Shown here piece by piece: positions 21,949-35,200 of a stretch of DNA of 64,000 nucleotides. Source of the stretch: Iphione sp. A-MEVVRFRX5 (Eukaryota); assembly GCA_976226885.1 (NCBI GenBank), contig OZ320313.1, positions 49,724,001 through 49,788,000 of the forward strand, read 5' to 3'. Each line of letters starts with the position of its first letter. The first letter of the stretch is position 1. The notes beneath the pieces are model-generated. The model ran no database searches and was not told the DNA's origin. It saw only the letters and a list, made by a program, of their open reading frames with translations. The translations under genes were made by a program, and so were the position numbers.

Positions 21949-24900
21949 AGTGTCGGTGGATTTCAAAAAGGTGGATTTAATGTTGTCGAGGCGCCGTCTT
22001 TCTGTCATTATACAACTTTTAACTGATGAATATGTACATGTTTAACATTTTTTCTGTAATTCTGTCGATACTGTGGGAATTGCAGAGCAGTTAGCTGAGG
22101 AAAGTGTAAAAGAGAAGCTGTGTGTTTAGGGTATATCTTTGGTAAGAGTTTAACGAATGTTTGGATTAATGAAAACAATGAATGTTTTGCATAACGTTAG
22201 TGAAAGTTTCAGTTTAAAAGATATTTTAGTAAATATTGTTTCAGATACAGTAGTATTCAATTTAACCAAATTGGAGGTATGAATTACCATCAGATAGCGC
22301 CACAGGAGTTGGCATAGATAAGCACACTCTAGCCTCTGTCGATCAAAGGTTTCGACTTTAAATATCTGCATTGAAGGCGATCGTTTGGGACTCATATATG
22401 ACAAAAGTATATCATATTGCGTTATAAATATACATAATACAGACAATTTTTTGGCCGGCAGTAAATGTGATCGAGCCATAGTGCCCTATTTGAGCCTCTC
22501 TACGTGCTATAAGAGGCAGTTATAGCTATTTTGAGGGGTGTTCCCTCATATTGTTAGAAATTACTGTTCTGTTAATGCCTTTTAAATAGTTTCCCTAGAC
22601 ATATTCAAGTGATGATATCTCTGAATATGTTGAACTATGATAAGTAAACGACATATGATACTATACATAGGTTATTTTTGCGAAGGCTACCATATTGCCA
22701 GAATTAATATACATCTATATGATATATATATTGCAAGGTATTTCCTGCAGGATAACGTTGGCTCAAAAAATCTGCCAGGGTCATATTTTTCACTTACTAA
22801 CATTAGAAACATTTGGCACGATAAGCTTTACGAATGGGAATTGTAAAAGATTAAAGTATTTGCCCCATTCTATTGGATGACATCGGGAAGGCAAATGTCA
22901 ACGTAAAAGAGAGATCAATCCATTTGTCTTGTGAAATCGAGTATTTTATCATTATAGTATCATTTATTGTAGTGAGGGGTCTAATATTATAACATCCTAA
23001 ACAGATTAACTTTAATTACACGAAGTACACATGTAGTATCAACCATTGATTATTTCGATATTCACATACATGAGTGCCCCTCTGCTCGGTTCCCTTAAAC
23101 GTAACTAGTCGGCTTACACGAATACACAGGTACTAGTAATATTTATAAATGTCACTACGTTGTAAAAGTATAACCTACAAGCTGCATTTATCTCAAAATG
23201 TTTATCGTGCAATTCACCTCTCAGTGTTGTAACTTAAGTACATTAGTGATGTATTCTCAGTTATAGAAGATTAGTACTTCACGACTCATTAGAAGGAGGT
23301 CACGGCTTGAGCCAAATATCCGAGTGCGTACGTTATTGATGTATTATATAGATGAAGTGTATTTATTTTGTGCGTGATTGACCTTTCCAGATCTAGACAC
23401 TGTTGTCTGTGTGTGTAGCCCACATAGGTGGTTGAACCACAGGATTATTCATCTTTGGGGAAGTATGAGGCAGCCCTGGACCCCCGTAACGAGGCTCACT
23501 GCCTCTTCCCCCTGGATGTTCCACTGCAAATCAAATACTCTGTGAAAGTTTTCTTATTGGTGCTTCTGGTTATTTACATCCGTCTCTTTTGAGCTGTATC
23601 TGCATGCCTACCATGTCTTACTCTCAGAGAGAAAATAGAGCTAATTTTATCCTGCTCGTCTTATTCCAAGTCCACTTTCCTCTCTGTGATAATTTTTTAA
23701 CAACATGCGTTAAATCACTGCCAAAGCGACAGTGCATGTTTAAACATGCTTCACTTGTACATGTAGTTTGCACCAAGATGGCTCTTGCATTTTCAGAAAG
23801 ACAAAACTATTGGCTTAAGTTGTGAGCTTCACTTTAGGAAGTACTTTATCGAACTTCATTTCTGCACTTTATAGAGTACCGGTATCATTAATATCAGAGC
23901 CGTTCGAATTTCAGGTGAAATAATTATAGGGTCGGTTAAGATATAACTGTAAGTTCGGTTAAAATGTCACATCAGACTCTCTATTAGAATGTCTGTCACA
24001 TTTTACCGTACTACAGGTAAAAATGTAGTCATTTGATGATCCTGCTGGGAAAGACATTCTTCGAACATTCGTCCGTGTTTTTTCTATTGCCTTCTTAAAT
24101 GTCCCTATCTTCATGAGGTACATTTTGTACATCTTCTTGTATGTCAGTGGAACCTATCGAATTCTGAATTAACAACTGGTGTATAACTAAATATGGCACA
24201 AGGTTTGAGGCCCTTTTATCCAAATACCTTTTTAGTAACGTACTCTTTATAATAGGCCTACTTCTAAGAATGAAAAGAAATCCGTGCAAAGTATAACCAT
24301 AGTCACGAGGTTTTACTGTTGTTGAAAATTTAGCAAGTTTCTTCATATATTTAGTTAAGAATGCAAGTGGTTTAACCGAGTTGTCAAAAAGCTCCCTAGG
24401 GCGCCAAAACAGACGACACCACCGGTACGATGAGGATGGTCCCAGACAGGCTAGTCTTTACTCAGTCTTGCCCACCCGAAATGTACACGTCATCAGCTAT
24501 TTGCTCAGCGAGTTGCTACAAACCGCACGAAGTGAACGCAGTCGAATAACGACTAAAACGTGTTGGTGAACATCACATCGCAGCTCCACATATTTTAACG
24601 CATACGCTATTCCACTGAGAACACACAGGTATGATGGAGTACTTCAAAAGCAATACAGTAACCATACTATGATGCAGAATGCTTTGAGATCAACTCCCGG
24701 CTAGGACCAAAACATGGGTTTCTAATTTGCCATAATGATGGCGTTCCTTCAAATTAATTAACTCATTTACGTAGGCCTTTTCAAAAGAATAATAACTAAC
24801 GTCGCCAACAGTTAAGATAGTTGACATATAATTGGTAGGCGGTTGTAATTTGCATTTGCCATACATATGGGAGACGCTCACATATAAGAAACACAGCAAT

Positions 24901-24969
24901 AAATACTTTGTCCATTCTAGCAGGTACGACGGATTATGTAATCTGTGAGCAGTTCATTTGAACTTCATC

Positions 24970-25200
24970 AGATCGTCGTAAGGTCCGGTAACATTTTGTT
25001 TGCCATATATGGAGAACCGGAAGTTACTTTTCTCAGTTTTGACATGCGCTGCAAGGTAGACTTGTTTAGAGATGCTACATCAATAGAAAGCAACATTGTT
25101 CCCTGGTGTCCATCTTTTTGTGAGAGTAGATGTAAATTTAAGAAATAAAAACGATGTGAACCCCACCTGCATTTATGGTCTTTTAAGTGTCTCACAAAAA
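24970..25200 (-). pseudogene. Possible heavily decayed Penelope-like RT relic
   Basis: Minus frame ...FYFLNLHLL...HQGTMLLSIDVASLNKS resembles the FL..L...P..T.L.S.DV.SLYT segment seen at 1-288. Short and divergent. Confidence 0.3.
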
Positions 25201-25464
25201 AAATCCAGAACGAGTCGTTTTAAAAATATTGATTCACAACTGTTTCTTAAAGAATACCATGTGACTTCACATGAAGGGAGTCTTCTTTCATTTTAACCAT
25301 AACACATTTTATCTGAACTGAAAACGAGCTAGTCCTAACTTACAAAACAAAACAAAATACTTTGGGCAAATATTTTTTATTCATCTTAGTTCTCAGGTTT
25401 TTGTAGAAAACGTGTCTTATGTATAAAGAGTGACGACAGAAATTATGGGAAGACTGGACAGTCT

Positions 25465-25502
25465 GCGCCCTCTGGCGGCGTGCATCCGACGCCACCTAGT
25501 GG
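25465..25502 (-). promoter_or_regulatory. Tandem pair of CTCF-like motifs
   Basis: Minus strand CCGCCAGAGGGCGC (25465-25478) and CCACTAGGTGGCGT (25489-25502), same orientation, 10 bp apart. Confidence 0.45.
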
Positions 25503-28500
25503 ACACTAAGGGAGAAACAACCCTCGGATCTCATTCACGCATGCGGCAATGGGAGGAAGAGTGACTCCGTGTCAGCCAACTCTTAACTAGTAAGATCACT
25601 CCTCCGTTTTGCTTCGAACCTTGACTAATGATTAGCCGATTAACAAATACATATCACATTCGACAATCAACAGCTAGTGGCATTTTTTCCATGGTTGGGC
25701 GAGGGCACCTGTTTCAGTCACTGGGGCCCTCTGACGACAGTTTTCCTCACTACAAACAACAGGACGTGACCACACCAACACTATTAATCGAGGCACACGA
25801 CACGTGAGGCCACCGTCTGACCACTTGGTTTGCTTCAGGACACGCTATCCACACATCTGTGCACAGCTTAATATGTATCGGTTTTTTAGAATGAAAAGTA
25901 GACATCTGTTGGGGTTTATAGTGGACCAAGTGGTGAACTTGAGGCCCGTCCTGAGTATGGCTTTCTATGGTGACATTGTATTATTATCATTACTCAATTT
26001 ATTCACCCACGAACCATCTACTCTCTGAAATTGTTCCGTTAGCGCCAATTAGACCTACAGCCTATCGCCTTTAAGCATACATAGTTCCGCTAGAACTTCC
26101 GGCAAGTGACAAATGTTTGTAAATTAAAGGAACTTATCAAATACAAAAAAACCCGATGAATGTGAACACTTCAACAAATTTAAAGGTTTTCGAGGGCTAC
26201 CAGGCGTGCGAAATCTCTCTGTCTCTGTCTCCCTCTCCTTGTCAATAAAATAAATAACTTTGAAGAAATCTGATACTAACTGACCGATACCTCCTACAGG
26301 ACATCAAAATCAGGCCAATAAAATGTAGACAGTATTTTCAGTTGTGTAATTCACGGGCCCTCGGGTTATCAAAAGATGCTGGGCTCATAGCATCTATATG
26401 TCACCGAACACTATACAAAACCATACGTTGTCCAAAAAAACCCGCCGATTATGTATAAGAACATGCTGGAACTGTACATGAAACTTATTTCACAGTTCCG
26501 CCAACATTCATTCAACTTTTTTTTGCGTAAACACCTCAATTGGTCAGAGAAAACTTTTGTTTCCCTAGCCAGAATGTATTAGGAATGCTAACACCAAACA
26601 TGAATCGTTTCGGACATGAGCTATACGGATGGCTGCTTTGCCACAAGTTCCTGTTGTGATAAAATGTGTGACGAGCTGTAACGTTGTGGATGGACTGTCT
26701 TGGGCTCGGCTTTACAAGATACGGCATTGTAAAGGACAGGAATTATAAACTGTTCTCAAACAGAAAGATCCAATGAATTGTTTGAGACACACGAATATAC
26801 CCAAATGGTACCTTTCAAAAGAAGTTGCGAAAGCCGATTAGCAGCAATGAGTAACGCCTGCATAGTGGAACTCTTCTCCGTTATTCTTTTTCTGCCCTTT
26901 CCTCTTGCCAGATCGCTGACTGCCAAGTTTGGCCACAGGGAATACCACACATTTTCTCTCTCAGACGCTTGCACCTCCTCTCTACCTTTCCGCTACATAT
27001 TTATTCAAGAATCACTCTTTATCTATGACGATGAGATGTCAGGGGGGAACATAAGAAAAGCACACCTGTTTTTCACAAGCATGTTTTTTTTCAACGTGAT
27101 GTTGATGGGCAAGTAGTAAACAACATTCAAATGCCAAAACACTGTACCAGTACAGGATTCTCTAAAGCTCCCTGTCCGTATATACCTTTTGGGATGCATT
27201 TACACGATTACACAGCAGAACCGATCACGATAAGAATAGGCATTGTTTATTTTCCCGTTTTATAACCAGATCATGCCAATAACCATGCATATCAAAACAG
27301 GGAAATATGGACAAGGAGCCTTGGAATTTAACATGAGAAGGTGCGACTCCCATTGGAGAACCAGTGCACCCTTTCCATCCCCTAAATATACCCTGAATGG
27401 CCATGCAGTGCCTTGAATTGACACCTGTAGTGTTGCTAGAATTCTCTACACGACATTTAGAAACTGGTGATAAAAGTCCACTTTTGGCGACAGGAGCAGT
27501 ATGAAATACGCGACTGTATAAAAATATACTTCGAGAAGACATGTCTGCAGTTTCATGTCACTTCATTCTTAAAGAACTATGGATGAAAACAACCATGATC
27601 ATGCCATTTACAATTAACCTCCTGATGACTGACAAATTAGAATGCAGTAGACACGTGTTTTGAAATAGTACATTACGTCCGTATGAAATAGCCAAAAATG
27701 TGAAATTTTCCTTCTATTTTTGGCTTGTCTTTGTGGACTACTGCCTACTTCATTAAATACAAAAACGTCGCTAACTTAGCAAACATACTTGGATGAGAAA
27801 TGACCGATAACTGACTGATGGATTTCACTGAGACGGGCAGAACAACAGATGCCGTCTTGTTCTCGTTGTTCATGTTGTGAAAGCAAAATGTTCCAGGTGT
27901 AAAGAAAAAAATCACAACTTGTTTCAGTTCTGAAATCCGCGCCACCTCATGGCAAATATACAGAACCTTATGGGATACAAAGCCCTATAGATTATATACA
28001 TACAGTCCCTCTTATTAAGTTGTTGGTTTATTTCTAAGGACAGCAACATTACCTTGAGGTCTGCTTCTCCGACTGCTGCCCATCAAATTAGGCAAGCTCC
28101 ATTCTGATGCAATTTATTTGGCTGCACATACTGATAACCTTGTTCATGAAAAAAATGCCTTACTAACCAAACTTACGGCAGTTTTGGCATCTGGCTATAA
28201 AAAAAAACATAAAGCTTAAAATGTGTAAGATGAACGTGTCGTTTAGAAATTACCAGTATGTAAAATTACATTTCCTGTTATATAATACTGGTACATATGC
28301 ATTCTGGTTTACACGCACTGCCTACGGCATGGAGAAAAACTTATTTGAAACATCTTCAATATTACAGGCAGGAGGTAATACAGGGAAAAGCTGGCAAAAC
28401 AAGGTGGAGCAGCGGGTGCAGTTAGGTTTCATATACACAGCATTAGCTTAGGAAATGTACATATTTGTTGCCAAGATGAATGCTTTTGGAGGCCGAAAAG

Positions 28501-29828
28501 GCCAGGCCCGTATTACGCAGCTACGTGAACCGATTTCTGAAACTTTACAAAGAGGAAGCCAGCGTGTCTTCGACCTACTGTTAAAAGTTGGTCCTTGGTT
28601 TACGGAGATCTTCCTTAATTTCATTTTTCTCGTACATTATGTCCTCAAAACTCGAAAGGCAACCTCTTCCAATTCACGAGGAAGAAACCAGGTCCTCAAG
28701 CGAGGAAAGCCGGACGTCTTGGGGGCGGTTGTAAACATCAAATTTTGAATGAAAGAAAGACGAGTCTGTTATAAGGTACTGTTATATGTCCATACTACAG
28801 GATAAATACCTTTGTCTACAACAAATGGGATGGAAGGTAAGATTCTCAGGGAGATATACGAAACGTCAGCGAACTTTATGTGTTACTTCTTAAAATATAT
28901 TCATCTACATCAAATCATAGATACACAATAAGTCCTTCTTCTACTTACAGTGGACACTGGTTCAGGCCGAAAAAAATAAAGGCTTTTTACGAAAAGTTAG
29001 TATTTCAACCGTGTTGTGGACTCCTCTCTTGCCCTTTTCCTATTTACATGGGGACCACCTTATCCCAAATCGACTTCTGTTAATACTGAGGAAATGCCAA
29101 AGACACACTTTTGGACAGGCGTGGAACCAACAAGCAGTGTTAGTACGCTACTGCCGCTGGGGTAATAAGCACGAAAAAGAAAACACAATTATCCTGAACA
29201 CAAGTGTTACGTGAGAAATGCAAGATATGTGATTCTATAAACATATACAAAGTGTGCAGGGTTTTCATTTACAGTGTTCCTACATAGTAATACCACATGA
29301 ATACATATTCTAAACCAAGATGCCTACACAGTACATAATTTACGTAACCATTTTGTTCATTGTAAGATACGACAGGTTTTAGCATTATTTCCTATAGTAT
29401 AATTGTATCCATTTACGAGATGATTACATCGCTTCACTCCTTCCTACAATACTGTTTTAATGGCTAATGGATCGTCTATAGGACTATGGTAGCAGATTAA
29501 TGCACTGACCTAGGTCGTTTTGCTACCTGGGTATATCACAAGGGTTAAAAAAAACAGTTAAATGCTGTTGCGGGAATCAAGCTTTAACTTGCACTACTTG
29601 GGAATTTAACAGAAACATGCTGCAAAAGACACATTTTTGACCGCCCTCTATTCCCTCAACTCAGAAAAACAGAACGGAAGCAAATACATAACTAACGGGC
29701 GAAAAAAAATACAGCTCGCGATATCAGACAGCTTGACCTCGTCTATTTCATCCAGGGGAAGTATCTAGTGGGACGCTGAAATCACAGAAGAAAGTAAATC
29801 ATGTTTTTAAGGTTGTTGGAAGTCTTAC

Positions 29829-30300
29829 AAATTGGTCAGTTCGGGATTGTGTTTCTTCCTTTTCATGGACATGCAGCTTGGTTCCATACTGGTCGCACTT
29901 CACGAGCACCAGTCAAGAGTAAGTTCACTAGGTCGGGACAGATACTTAACAGCAAGTACACGCCACACAGCGGCCGTTTCAGAAGACGCTCTCGCGAGTC
30001 CGCCGGAAGGGACGACCTCACTCTTGAGTCAAAACGGCTTGGACGACACTCGTGTGGGTTGGAAGAATAAACCGATGATGACGGAAAAGGGGTAAAAGAA
30101 GCACGATGAAACGCACGGAGTGCTCCACAACTGGCTGCGCATCCTGACCAATGAAGAAAAGCCGTCGGTTTGTATGGGTTTGAGATGCAGCCGTATGAAC
30201 GCAGCGGTATGGATCAGCGAGACGCCAGCGATCAGGGCGCCATCGCCGGCCCATGGAAACAACAAGGATTAACCATGAAACAACAAGAGGGACCATGAGC
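29829..30300 (-). other. Candidate exon (long 5' UTR plus start MEPSCMSMKRKKHNPELTN) of an unidentified minus-strand gene
   Basis: Acceptor CTCTGTTACTGTAG at 30301; ATG at 29887 in ACCAGTATGG context with an in-frame upstream stop; donor GTAAGA at 29828. Downstream exons not established. Confidence 0.4.
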
Positions 30301-31452
30301 CTACAGTAACAGAGTCAGAGGTGTCAACGCGTCTGAGTTACTAGATCTGAGTTACTAGATACTCGAAGCAATCTCTGCATGTTCGCTGGTAAAACATCAA
30401 ACAAAGCCGCCTGACCAAAACATATTTTGTATCTTTTTAACCATTGTACAAATGATAATACATTCTCAAGCGATCGGTTTTTTACCATTCCCGCAGCCCT
30501 CATATGTTTATCTTTTTTTTTGTTGATTTTTTTTCAGATAACAATTTCCATATATACCACACGTTGTCTTACACACTATAAATATTAACATGTTGCTCAG
30601 TTCGGCCCCGGAACGCTAGCATCGGCACTTTGGAAGTGTGGGCATTTGTCTTTGCGCCTTGAAAAGTTCAGTTCCAATGCAGCTTTCGTTTCGTCCCTGG
30701 ACGTAGACTTGTGTTTAAAACATGACCCGCAGAAGCTTGACGCCGTCCTCTAACTTCACTTTTGACATAGTGACGTAGGCAGACGTCATGGTATGTCCTG
30801 GAGCTCCGACGAGGCGACTTGTCGTCCGTTCAGTCGCCGCGGGGCGGACACTTGCCAACTAAAGTCCAACTGGAAATTTAAGAAAAAAACAAAACTACGT
30901 TAATGTCATGTAAAGAAGCAGAATGCAACCGTAATAGAAAATACGAAAGATAACGAATGCATGATCCCCGGCTTAAATGACTGTCATACCACTAAACTAT
31001 TTTAACCATGCAGAGTTTGATGGTTTGTTTCGTGCTGTGCATACATGTACAATATTCTGTTTTATTTGTAAATTAAAGTAGCCATTGTGACACAATTTCT
31101 CACAAAGTCTAATCCACCAGAAACTCGAGAAAACAACATTCACGTTCATTAAATATTTGAGCACTCATTTAAAAAAAAAACACCATAATTAGCTATTTGT
31201 GATATATCAGTGACAAAAAGCATGCGGTGCGTTTCCTAAACATTTAACTGCCGTTTAAAGCATTACATTCCTCTCAATAAACCAAGAGCCTATAGTCTGG
31301 AATGTTTGTGGTTAAGCGCCACTAACACCAGTGATCTGGAGGTATGTACGTTGAAAATACCCAATAAAGCAACCGAAGCACGGGTCGACTACCTCCTGAT
31401 TTCTACAACGCCCTCCCCCCCCCCCCAATTCCACCATCCTCCCATTACTTAC

Positions 31453-32225
31453 CGCACACCATCGCCGTAAAATGGATAACTACGTGTGTGCGGCCTGTGC
31501 GGGAGAGGGAGGCACAACAGCTTCTAGCGGCCCCCAGGCACCTTCCGAGTCGCCATGGAAACAGGCGGAAGCCAGAAGTGTCACGAAATTGCTGTCCACC
31601 CACTAGTAATGAGTCTTCAGCGGTGTGGCGTCGCCGCTGGGCACTGCTACTTCCAACACCTAGCCTGCCCTCCCCCTCCTCCTCCCCAGACAAGCTGCTC
31701 TTCACGCAGCCCCCCCCCCCTCCCGCTCCCGGATTCTCCCTCTCGATTCCGCCTGCGGAGGAGGTTTTGTCGCCGCTGTTATTGTCTCTGCAGGTGTCTT
31801 ATCTTTTCACTTGTCCTCACCCGCCAGATGAGAAGTCCCAGTGATGACCAGTGCGCCTCTCCCGGACCCTGTAATTATTAGTTAACCCTTGACCACCGTG
31901 ATCCAAAGTGAAAAATATATATAACTCCCAGCAATTTCTCCCCTCCCTCCCCCCCCCCCAAAAAAAATGTATATTTTACTGAGGGTCACAACATCCGTCA
32001 AAATATAACACCGACTACCTAAGATAACCTGAGGAAAAACACAGAGAATTTTTTTTATCTGTGTATGCCATTGACAGTGTCATTGTAAAAGCTACGCCAT
32101 CTGTGAAGGGATCTTCCAACCTCTCGACCTACCGCATTCAGTGTGAAGCGAAGAACACCCCCCCCCCCCCCCTTCATCGCCCGCCCCACCCCGCCCCGCC
32201 CCGCTCCGCTCGGCCACCCCGGGTG
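31453..32225 (-). promoter_or_regulatory. Candidate promoter and first exon of the minus-strand gene
   Basis: CpG-rich; donor GCG|GTAAGT at 31452; X-box GTCGCCATGGAAAC at 31549-31562; GC-box cluster (CCCGCCCC repeats) at about 32180-32220. Confidence 0.45.
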
Positions 32226-35200
32226 ATGAGGCTGTGACTCTTTGTCAGTTGCCTTAGTGGCGTGGCCTCTATAACTGATGTAGCATTAACTAGTGCTTTC
32301 CTTTCCCAGGGAGACACATATGAAGTTTTTCATTAAGTAACTGTGGCATCTGTGATGGAAGCTCATTAGAATCATAACCCATCTATCAAATTCTGAAGTA
32401 CAATGTAATATTCTCACACGTTTCTAAAACCCACTGTTCAAAAACTACGAAAAAGACGAAGAGAGTAATCTTATCATATTTACTAAAACTGACTATTAGC
32501 TAGCAACATTATCCTGGAAATCCTGCTTAAAACACAACTTTACTTAATGTTCTGTTTATGAGGGAGCTGCCACTTTTCCACTTGGAAAGCGTCTCTGTCC
32601 CCACAAATATATGGACATAAAATCTGGTGCCTAGCCCAGTAATTCCTAAGTCACTTTCACTGACCGGCCATACGTGTGCACCAATAAAATGCCAGGCAAG
32701 CATATACATGTATATATATACTTCTAAAACAGACAGAATTAGTCACCTAAGACCCGCAACCCATGTACACTGTACATGTATACTCGTGTGCATACGTATA
32801 GGTTGCATTAAAAGAGGCATTCTGCATCAAGCGAGTCGATGAGTACATGATGCGTCTGTACATCTACAGACCGGGTGCTGGTAACGGTGTGGAATTTCTA
32901 TCTACACCGAGATAGCAGACTGTTAATAGATCCAAGGCTTACTACATGTACAAACAGAATACGTGCTAGGAAGTTCTAAATAAGATTATGGCATTCATCT
33001 ACCCAATCCACCTCCTGTCAGACCCCTTATTACATAAAAAAAAAAGGGGGGGGGGGGTAAGAAAGAAAATACATGTATCTTCCATCCAAAAGAGGGATAC
33101 ATGTAATAAATACCTTCCAGTATGTACTGATATGAACCTGGGACTCAATACTCATCTACGTTGTTTTCGAAAATTGTGTCTTAAATATAAAGAAAGTTCC
33201 TGATTTCCTTCGCCCTGTCTATGTGACAAGTACTCCCTTAAGTGTTAATGTGAAAGGCCCCGGGCCAAAGACCCGTCTTTCGTGGGACAGTTCGCTTCTT
33301 TCATTCCGCTTATCAGGTATTTACGTCGCACCTTCCGTCAACGTCTTGACTTTCCCACTACTGGTTACTCACTTCGATCGCCTCCAGCTCTTTCGCACCT
33401 GCTACGCTAACCTGCTATTTGCTTCACTACTAATTCTTAGATACCCCTCCCGCCCCACCCAACCCCCACTTTAGTCTCATCTATAGGTACTTTCAGTAAT
33501 TTGTCTCACCTGTCTCTGAGCCGCTCGGGAACCAATACAATACCATACAAACAGCACTGACACAGAGCTCCCGTGTCGTTTTACTTGCACGAAAATTCAA
33601 TACATTTCCATCACTCCATTTTTGCCCAATTTAAAATGTTAATGGTCCCATGCGAAATGTTAACGCTTGAGAGACATTACTCTTCTCGTGTTTTACGGAT
33701 GAACCATTCAGGAACTAGGCAAAAGGACCCCCATCTCATCTGGCAGCTGGATCTAGTTATTATACACACGGACATTTCTCGTGATCTAGTTATTCGTAAT
33801 ACTCATACTACTAACATAATGCGGTTAAACTTAATTTGTTGTGACCCTGTCAAATTTTAAAGACGTTGCTCTGTATATATGTATGTGTGTAGTATAAATA
33901 TATAAAGTAAATATGTAGTGAAATGTGCGACTAGCTATGTAAAAAGGGATATCCAATGCATGTTAGTAAAAATGTCAAATGGCAATTTAAGAGGCCTTAA
34001 AAAAAGAAAGAAAGGGGGAAAAACGAAAATCTAGTCATGAAAGCCTCTATTTGCTTATTTTTCATGAATCTGTTGCAATGATTAGTTTGGGTAAAGTTGT
34101 ATTCATAATGAGGTAATATTGAGTCAGGTGATAAAATATTTAAATCAGCTAATTTAATAAATACATAATTTGCCATAGCCAAAAATGTAAGGATTATTTT
34201 AAATATCTATGTAATGCAGAAATATGAAAATATATACTTTTAAGAACTGAAATCCTTTTAAAAATACCTTTTCTATAAGTGATTCTGTGATAATTTACAT
34301 TCAAAATTAATTTATTTATCTTACAGCATCCAAATGTTCAACAGTATACAGTGTCAAAGAATGTATTAAGTATTAAATGGTTGTATCAACATTCTGTTGA
34401 GATATCTCAAGATCTTGGAGAAGTATTTGCATAACCTTTGTACCAAATGATGTCAACAAGTATTCTTTAGTTTCCATTGTTTGCACTGGTGTACCATTGT
34501 TCCTTGGTTGGTCACACATTTATATAATACATGTATATGTATACAGGTATATGCATTGTACACACGTTTTTTAATATTCTGTGGAAACTCCTTCTCTATC
34601 CCCCCGCAACCCTAATCCCCTCCGCAACTTTCCCCGTCACCTGTCCGTCCATCGAGCACGCCCCAACCACACGCCCTCCACAGGTGTGCCATTGTACCTC
34701 ACCTGGACAACCAGCAGGCATCGAGGCCCCCTCCCACTAGACATCTTATTGTTGGTATCTCTGCGTGTGCATCGGTGATAAGTGGCGACCTTGCGACCCC
34801 TAACGACAAAGCCACGCACTAAGTGGGCGCTTCTCCACGTGCGGCTCCCCCGCCTAGTTCACGCGCGTCCCGGCGAGCAGCAGCACTGAGGTACCGAGGC
34901 GATAAATTCTGTTGTGAGTGTACAGCGCGAGGGATTGTCATCCCTGTAAATGCACCTGTGTTGTCCTATAAATCTTATCAGGGCCGCGCATTGTATGACA
35001 ACGAGTGTTGGTATTATGTATCACTATTTTATTCTCATAAATGACCAAGGGGTAGAAATTTGCAACATATTAGAACCGATCACAGCGACCTTTAACCCCT
35101 CCGCCCAACCCCACTTCCAACTGATGTGTAGATGTGAGAGTGCAGGGGTGGCATGACAAAGGTATCGTTTTAAGCTTTTCACACAAACGTTCAATATGAG

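Noticed and set aside
23959-24153. Minus-strand open frame VPLTYKK...RRMSFP...DVTF* as a terminal exon or GPCR tail
   Set aside because: Weak acceptor, no NPxxY, no upstream TM exons found.
29735-29776. YFPWMK resembling a Hox hexapeptide on the minus strand
   Set aside because: Immediately followed by a stop, and no homeobox was seen downstream.
31445-31881. Overlapping 86-118 aa ORFs on both strands
   Set aside because: Explained by GC-rich, C-run promoter/UTR sequence; no domain similarity.
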